Assembly: GCA_963761125.1 (NCBI GenBank)
Contig: CAVXFV010000005.1
Coordinates: 50,088 to 114,087 of the forward strand
DNA from: Candidatus Latescibacterota bacterium
GTDB lineage: Bacteria > Krumholzibacteriota > Krumholzibacteriia > WVZY01 > JAKEHA01
DNA: 64,000 nucleotides
Reading direction: 5' to 3'
Below are positions 59,021 to 64,000 of the stretch, piece after piece. Position 1 is the first letter of the stretch, and each line of letters begins with the position of its first letter. The notes beneath the pieces were generated by a model. That model did no database searches, was not told where the DNA came from, and saw only the letters and a list, made by a program, of their open reading frames with translations. The translations under genes were made by a program, and so were the position numbers.

Positions 59021-60058
59021 ATGGTTGAACCCACACCCAATCCTGCACCGTCCGCCGTTATCACGATCGAACGGCACATTCTGATGGAACAGGAACGGTT
59101 TCCCGATTCGTCGGGCGCCCTCACCAACCTACTCTACGATATCGCGCTCGCGGGGAAGCTGATCGCAAGTCGTACGCAGCGCGCGGGTCTCGCCGACATC
59201 CTCGGCTCCGCGGGTCATGAGAACGTCCAGGGCGAAGAAGTGCAGAAGCTCGACGTCTACGCCCAGCAGACGATCTATCAACTTACCGACCACACCGGCC
59301 GTCTGTGCTGTATGGCGTCGGAAGAATCGCGGGACATCATTCCCATTCCGGAGCAGTACCCGACGGGCGACTACGTGCTGGTGTTCGACCCGCTCGACGG
59401 TTCCTCGAACATCGATTTCAACGTCGCCGTGGGAACCATCTTCGCGATCTTTCGGCGGAAAACCAAATCCGGTCCCGGAACGCTCGAAGATGTCCTGCAA
59501 AGCGGGAGTCAGATCGTCGGAGGCGGATACCTGGTCTACGGATCCAGCACGATGCTGGTCTACACGACCGGACACGGAGTCAACGGGTTCACGCTGGACC
59601 CGAGCATCGGGGAGTTCCTGCTCTCGCACCCCAATGTGCGCATCCCCGACACGCCGAAGTACTACAGCGCAAACCAGGGCCACGAGAAATTCTGGACCGA
59701 TGGAGTACGTCGCTACACGCGCTGGCTGCAGGGGGAAGCGGGGAGCCCGATGTCGCTTTCGCTTCGTTATATCGGTTCGATGGTGGCCGACGTCCACCGC
59801 ACGTTGTTCGGCGGCGGGGTGTTCTATTACCCCGCGGACACCAAGGACCCGAGCAAGCCCCAGGGAAAACTCCGCCTTCTCTACGAAGCGGTGCCGATGT
59901 CGTACCTGATCGAGCAGGCGGGTGGCTACGGGTCGACGGGCCGCGGACCGGTGCTCGACGTCAAGCCTGCCGCGTTGCACCAGCGCACGCCGGTTTTCGT
60001 GGGCAACCGGACTATCGTCGAAAAAGCCGAGGAGTTTATCGCGCGCTACGACCGCTGA
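59021..60058 (+). CDS. fbp: Fructose-1,6-bisphosphatase class 1
   Basis: ...[25 protein letters not shown]... metal-binding motif; full-length alignment to type I FBPase. Confidence 0.93.
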   Translation: MVEPTPNPAPSAVITIERHILMEQERFPDSSGALTNLLYDIALAGKLIASRTQRAGLADILGSAGHENVQGEEVQKLDVYAQQTIYQLTDHTGRLCCMASEESRDIIPIPEQYPTGDYVLVFDPLDGSSNIDFNVAVGTIFAIFRRKTKSGPGTLEDVLQSGSQIVGGGYLVYGSSTMLVYTTGHGVNGFTLDPSIGEFLLSHPNVRIPDTPKYYSANQGHEKFWTDGVRRYTRWLQGEAGSPMSLSLRYIGSMVADVHRTLFGGGVFYYPADTKDPSKPQGKLRLLYEAVPMSYLIEQAGGYGSTGRGPVLDVKPAALHQRTPVFVGNRTIVEKAEEFIARYDR

Positions 60059-61654
60059 AGGACGTACTGTGCCGCGAACCACTCCGGATTGAGCGGCTCG
60101 CCGGTCGCCTGCTCGACCAGCTCGCTCCAGTGATAGCGCTTCCCGGCGGCGAAGACCCGCTCGCGCAGGAACTGACCCACCGACGCCGCTCCCACAATCG
60201 ATCGCCGTTCGTCGCCGGCGCGCAGCACCTCGGTCTGAATCGCCCGGTCCAGCTGCGACGCGAACAACTCTCCGAGCATGTAATTGTGGTAGTAGACGGG
60301 CGCTGAGACGACATGGATTCTTGGCGGCCCAGTCGGGTGCGTCGCGCCCGTCGGGTCGGGGCACGCCCTGGTATTCTTCCACCAGATCCCACCACAGCGC
60401 ATTCAGGTCTTGCGTCGGGTCGGCGTAGAGAGCGCGCTCGAAACGGACCATCACCTGGCACCAGCGCGCAAAGACAAGCTGAGAAAGTCGCGAACTCCGG
60501 TTTGCCTCGCGAACGAGTCGATCGCGGTCCGACTTTGGAACGCCAATCATGCGGTCGATCCAGTCGGCGTCCTTGGAAAGCCGTCCGAAGAGCATCGCGA
60601 TCGCCTCGGTGGCGAACACGTGGGCGTGTTCGCGGAGCAGGAACGGAAGCCGCGGGTCGATGTGCCGGTCGTAGACCGCGTGACCCAGTTCGTGCAGCAT
60701 GGTCCCGGTCCAGTTCTCGTCGCTCTGGACATTGGCAAGAACGCGGACGTCGCCGCGCCGGTCGATATCGATGCAATACGCGTGCTGCTCCTTGCCGGGC
60801 CGTTCGTACAGGTCGCTGAGAGCGAGTATCTCGCTGACCTCAAGGCCGATGCCCTCGTAGAACGTGCGGGCGAGGCCCACGACGTCGCGATCACGGTAGT
60901 ACCGGTCGAAATCGACGTCGAAAATGCGAGGCGATTCCTGGAAATACGGATCCTCGTAGTGCCATGGTCGAAGCGCCGCGGCCGGTATCTGGTATCGCGA
61001 CGCGAGCGCGGAGTCGATTTCATCCTTTGCCCGCGCGAACGGCTCGCGAGTGAGTGCGTCCAGACGGTCGAACAGCGTCTGCAACTCTCGGGCATCCTGT
61101 TCGGCGAGTTCCAGCGACATCGTGTAGTAGTCCGCGAAACCGAGAGTGTGCGCCGTGTCGTTGCGCAGGCGCACCAGTTCCAGGAGGTCGGCGCGCACCT
61201 GCGCGCCGACGGCCTTGTCCGCTTCCCACACGCGTCGCCGGTAGTCGGCGTCGGTACTCTGCTTGAGTACGTTGCGGACCTCGTTGCCGGTGAATTCGCC
61301 GCCGTCCACCCGGGCTCGGTAGGTGCCGAAGGCGTGGACGATCCTGCTCGACAGGAGCGTCATCGCCTCGATCAGGCCGGGGTCGATCTGGTTGCGCAGA
61401 TACGCGCTGCGCAAGAGTTCGAACTGGCGCCGTTCGAGCGGATCGAGCGTAGCGGACCCGAGCCAGCGCTCGACGTTTTCGAACGACTGGGGGTCGGAGT
61501 AGATCTTCTGAAACTGGACTTCCAGCTCGGCGTACCGGGCGAACTGCTCGGGCTTGCCGGATGTGGTTGCGTTCCAGTACGCGAGATTGACGTCGCGCGA
61601 CAGCGGCTCGATGCGGGCCACGTGGCTCTCGAGAAACGAGTGATGATCGGTCAT
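60046..61654 (-). CDS. M3-family-like HExxH zinc metallopeptidase (oligoendopeptidase F-like), minus strand, interrupted by a frame shift near 60320
   Basis: Reverse-strand gene starting at the ATG complement 61652-61654 ([12 protein letters not shown]...); zinc site ...[12 protein letters not shown]...; C-terminal 118 aa ([23 protein letters not shown]...) in another frame (ORF 60046..60402). One extra A (AAG-A-ATC) separates them. The first 99 codons of the long ORF 59129..61951 are a spurious extension. Confidence 0.7.
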
Positions 61655-61841
61655 GGGTTCGAGAGCCTTCTGGGTTCGAGGCCTGGTTTCAGGCGGGTCG
61701 GCAGCCGACTGACGGTAGCGCACTGCCGGCCGTCGGCCAAGTGCAAATCCCATTTCTTTTCGTGGCAACGGGTTTCGGTATGACGGTAGAATCGCAGGAC
61801 GATCAACCGAATAGCGGTCCCACCGGGGTGTAGACGGTTGC

Positions 61842-62487
61842 ATGATGAGTGCCGGAACACAGGTGGCGGTTGCCGGTTCGGTGCAGGCGGAACCGGGCGT
61901 GACCTTCGAAAATGAACAGGAAATCATCGCCGGCTGGATAGCGGGCGACAAGCACGCCTACGAGGCGCTCGTGCGACGGTACATGTCGGATGCGTTTCTG
62001 GTCGCCTGCGGATTCTGCGGGAACGCCGAAGACGCCCGGGATTCTGTCGCAGGAGGCCTTCATCAAGGCGTATCAGGCGCGCCACCGCTTCGACGCGTCC
62101 CGGCCGTTCTACCCGTGGTTCTATCGCATTCTCAAAAACCACTGTCTCAATTTCGTGCAACGGGGTCGCAAGGACGTGTCGATCGATGACGAGAACAACC
62201 ATCGCGAGCTTGCCAGCGGGCGACCGACGGCGCTCGAGGACCTGGAGTCGGAAGAGCGTCGGCGTATCGTCCGCGCGGCGGTCGATCGCCTTGCCGACGA
62301 CCACCGGGAGATCATCGTGTTGAAGTCATTCAAAGAGCTTTCTTACCGGGAGATCGCCGACGTGCTCGAGATCCCGATCGGCACGGTCATGTCGCGACTG
62401 TACTACGCGCGACAGGCCCTCCGTGCCATCATCGAAGAGATCGAGCGTACCGGGATCGACGCGGACGACAAGCGGGGGGTGGTGTGA
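61842..62487 (+). CDS. ECF (sigma-70 group 4) sigma factor, interrupted by a frame shift near 62045
   Basis: Region 2 (...AYEALVRRYMSDAFLVACGFCGNAEDARDSV) in frame 3, then QEAFIKAYQARHRFDASRPFYPWFYRILKNHCLNFVQRGRK... and region 4 (...LSYREIADVLEIPIGTVMSRLYYARQAL) in frame 1. One extra G (GTC-G-CAG) separates them. Confidence 0.75.
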
Positions 62488-62488
62488 A

Positions 62489-62923
62489 ATGACGTGCACG
62501 CGGTATCAGACCGACGGTATGCGCCTGCTTGACGGAGAGTTGTCTCCGACGGAGACGTCCGCCTACGAGGCGCACGTGCGCGAGTGCGAGACGTGCGCTG
62601 CCGAGTTGAAGTCACTGGGACGCGTGGTCGGCTTCACCGGAGAACTCAGGCTGCGTGTCCCCGACGACGAATTCTGGGAAGGATACTGGGAGAGCGTCTA
62701 TCGCCGGAGCGAACGCAATGTCGGCTTCCTGTTCCTCGTCGCCGGACTCGTGGCACTGCTCGGATACGCCCTGTTCCGGGCCGTGACGTCGCCGCGATTT
62801 CTGACCTTCGAAGGGATCAGCGTGGCGCTGATCATCGCGGGGTTCATGGTGATCTTCATTTCCGTGGCGCGCGAACGGTATCACGAGAGCAAGAACGATC
62901 CGTACCGGGGGGTCCAGCGATGA
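62489..62923 (+). CDS. Anti-sigma factor (zf-HC2 type, single TM)
   Basis: ATG 62489 overlaps the sigma-factor stop; H-x3-C-x2-C motif (AHVRECETCAAEL) followed by a TM segment. Confidence 0.7.
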   Translation: MTCTRYQTDGMRLLDGELSPTETSAYEAHVRECETCAAELKSLGRVVGFTGELRLRVPDDEFWEGYWESVYRRSERNVGFLFLVAGLVALLGYALFRAVTSPRFLTFEGISVALIIAGFMVIFISVARERYHESKNDPYRGVQR

Positions 62924-63240
62924 TTATCGTCACCACCGACACGGTTCCGGGATCGCGGATCGTGCAGGTCTTCGGGCTCGTCCAGGGCAGCTCCGTTCGC
63001 GCGACCCATATCGGCCACGACATCACCGCGTTCATCAAGAACATCACTGGCGGCGAGATCCGGGAATACACCAAGGTGCTCGCCGAGGCGCGCGAACAGT
63101 GCCTCGATCGCATGCGTGAAGAAGCCACCATGCTCGGCGCCAATGCGATCGTCGCCATCCGGTTTTCTTCAACCGACATCTCGGAGCGCGCGTCGGAACT
63201 GGTGGTGTACGGTACGGCAGTCGCGATCGAGAAGGAATGA
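62920..63240 (+). CDS. ybjQ: YbjQ/UPF0145-family protein
   Basis: 106 aa, MIIVTTDTVPG...GANAIVAIRF...VYGTAV...; start overlaps the upstream stop. Confidence 0.8.
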   Translation: MIIVTTDTVPGSRIVQVFGLVQGSSVRATHIGHDITAFIKNITGGEIREYTKVLAEAREQCLDRMREEATMLGANAIVAIRFSSTDISERASELVVYGTAVAIEKE

Positions 63241-63288
63241 TTGTCACGCGGGGTGGGGTGACGCGGCGGCCTGTGCTATAGTTTCCAA

Positions 63289-64000
63289 TATGAAATTCGG
63301 CGACTGGGAAGTACGCTCGTGCCTTGCGGGCCGGTTCGGCCTCGATGGGGGCGCGATGTTCGGCGTGGTGCCGCGCACCATGTGGTCGCGCGCGCTGCCA
63401 CCCGATGAGTTCAATCGCGTGCCGATGGTGATGCGTATTTTGCTGGTGCAGGGTCACGGGCGCACCATCGTCGTCGACGTCGGCGCGGGTGGCGGACATA
63501 GCGAAAAGAACCGGCAGATCTACGCGTTCCAGGACACCGATCATCTCCTGGACGTCGTCCGGAGCGCCGGCGTCGATCCCGCGACGGTCACCGACGTCAT
63601 GCTGACCCACCTTCACTTCGATCACGCCGCGGGGATCGTCGAGCCCGACGGCGAGGACTGGCGGCTCCTCTTTCCCAACGCCGCCCATCACGTCCAGCAG
63701 TCGCAGTGGGAGCACGCCATGCGTCCCAACCCCCGGGATCGCGCCAGTTACTACGAAGACCGGATGCGTGTGATGGAGCGGGATGGTGTGCTGCGCCTCT
63801 ACGATGGGCCGTGGTCGCTCGCGCCCGGATTTGATCTCTTCGTGTTCGACGGGCATACGCCGGGACAGCAGCTTCCACTCGTGCACGGTTCCGGCGGCAC
63901 GCTGTTCTTCACCGGCGACCTGATCCCGACGCACCACCACATCCCGGTTCCCTATGTAATGAGTTACGACCTCCTGCCGGTCACCGCGATGGAGGAGAAG
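63289..64000 (+). CDS. Metallo-beta-lactamase-fold hydrolase (3' end beyond the window)
   Basis: ...VMLTHLHFDHAAG... (HxHxDH motif) and later ...FDGHTPGQ...; ORF open to the window edge. Confidence 0.75.

Noticed and set aside
61842-62487. Two separate small ORFs (61842-62189 and 61990-62487) as independent genes
   Set aside because: Together they cover regions 2 and 4 of one ECF sigma factor split by a single inserted base. Neither half is a plausible stand-alone protein.
1-64000. CRISPR arrays, insertion sequences, integrases, restriction-modification or toxin-antitoxin genes
   Set aside because: No periodic short repeats and no transposase, integrase or nuclease-like ORFs were seen. The only repeats are short palindromes or terminators and paralogous genes.

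Overview
High-GC (about 68%) bacterial chromosomal segment. Almost all genes run on the + strand; only three are on the - strand (a rhomboid protease, an M3-like peptidase and a small hypothetical). The gene content (Oar/CarbD-type TonB-dependent transporter, FCB-style ExbB with a long N-terminal extension, two GWxTD-domain proteins, canonical TTGACA-N17-TATAAT promoters) fits a Gemmatimonadota/Acidobacteriota-like lineage, but that is inference only. In order: uvrA 3' end; the glycine-cleavage operon gcvT-gcvH-gcvPA-gcvPB; a peptide ABC transporter (two permeases plus DppD/DppF ATPases, no binding protein); an outer-membrane island at 9.5-26.2 kb (Oar-like TonB-dependent transporter, PorV-like beta-barrel, a disrupted GWxTD gene, exbB-exbD-exbD-tonB, a second tonB, TolC-like channel, MacB-type ABC ATPase, MacA adaptor, two FtsX-type permeases, an intact GWxTD paralog); a second peptide ABC set (binding protein plus two permeases); an NlpC/P60 peptidase; a porin-like outer-membrane protein behind a roughly 315-nt structured leader; a rhomboid protease with a TPR tail; radC-mreB-mreC-mreD-mrdA-rodA; lgt; comF; gap-pgk-tpiA-secG-tRNA-Leu(GAG); a DUF4140/DUF4139 (MuiA-like) gene; DUF4446; a second rhomboid (-); trxA; a third peptide ABC set (binding protein plus two permeases); a ThiI-like PP-loop ATPase; a ZIP transporter; cutA; patatin; a SAM hydroxide adenosyltransferase (DUF62); two small outer-membrane beta-barrels; fbp; an M3-like metallopeptidase (-); an ECF sigma / anti-sigma pair; ybjQ; and the 5' part of a metallo-beta-lactamase-fold hydrolase. 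No CRISPR array, insertion sequence or classical defence genes were recognised. At least nine single-nucleotide frame disruptions interrupt otherwise intact genes (dppF, GWxTD-1 four times, the MuiA-like gene, binding protein 3, the M3 peptidase, the ECF sigma). The most system-like novelty candidate is the 9.5-26.2 kb outer-membrane island bracketed by GWxTD paralogs.
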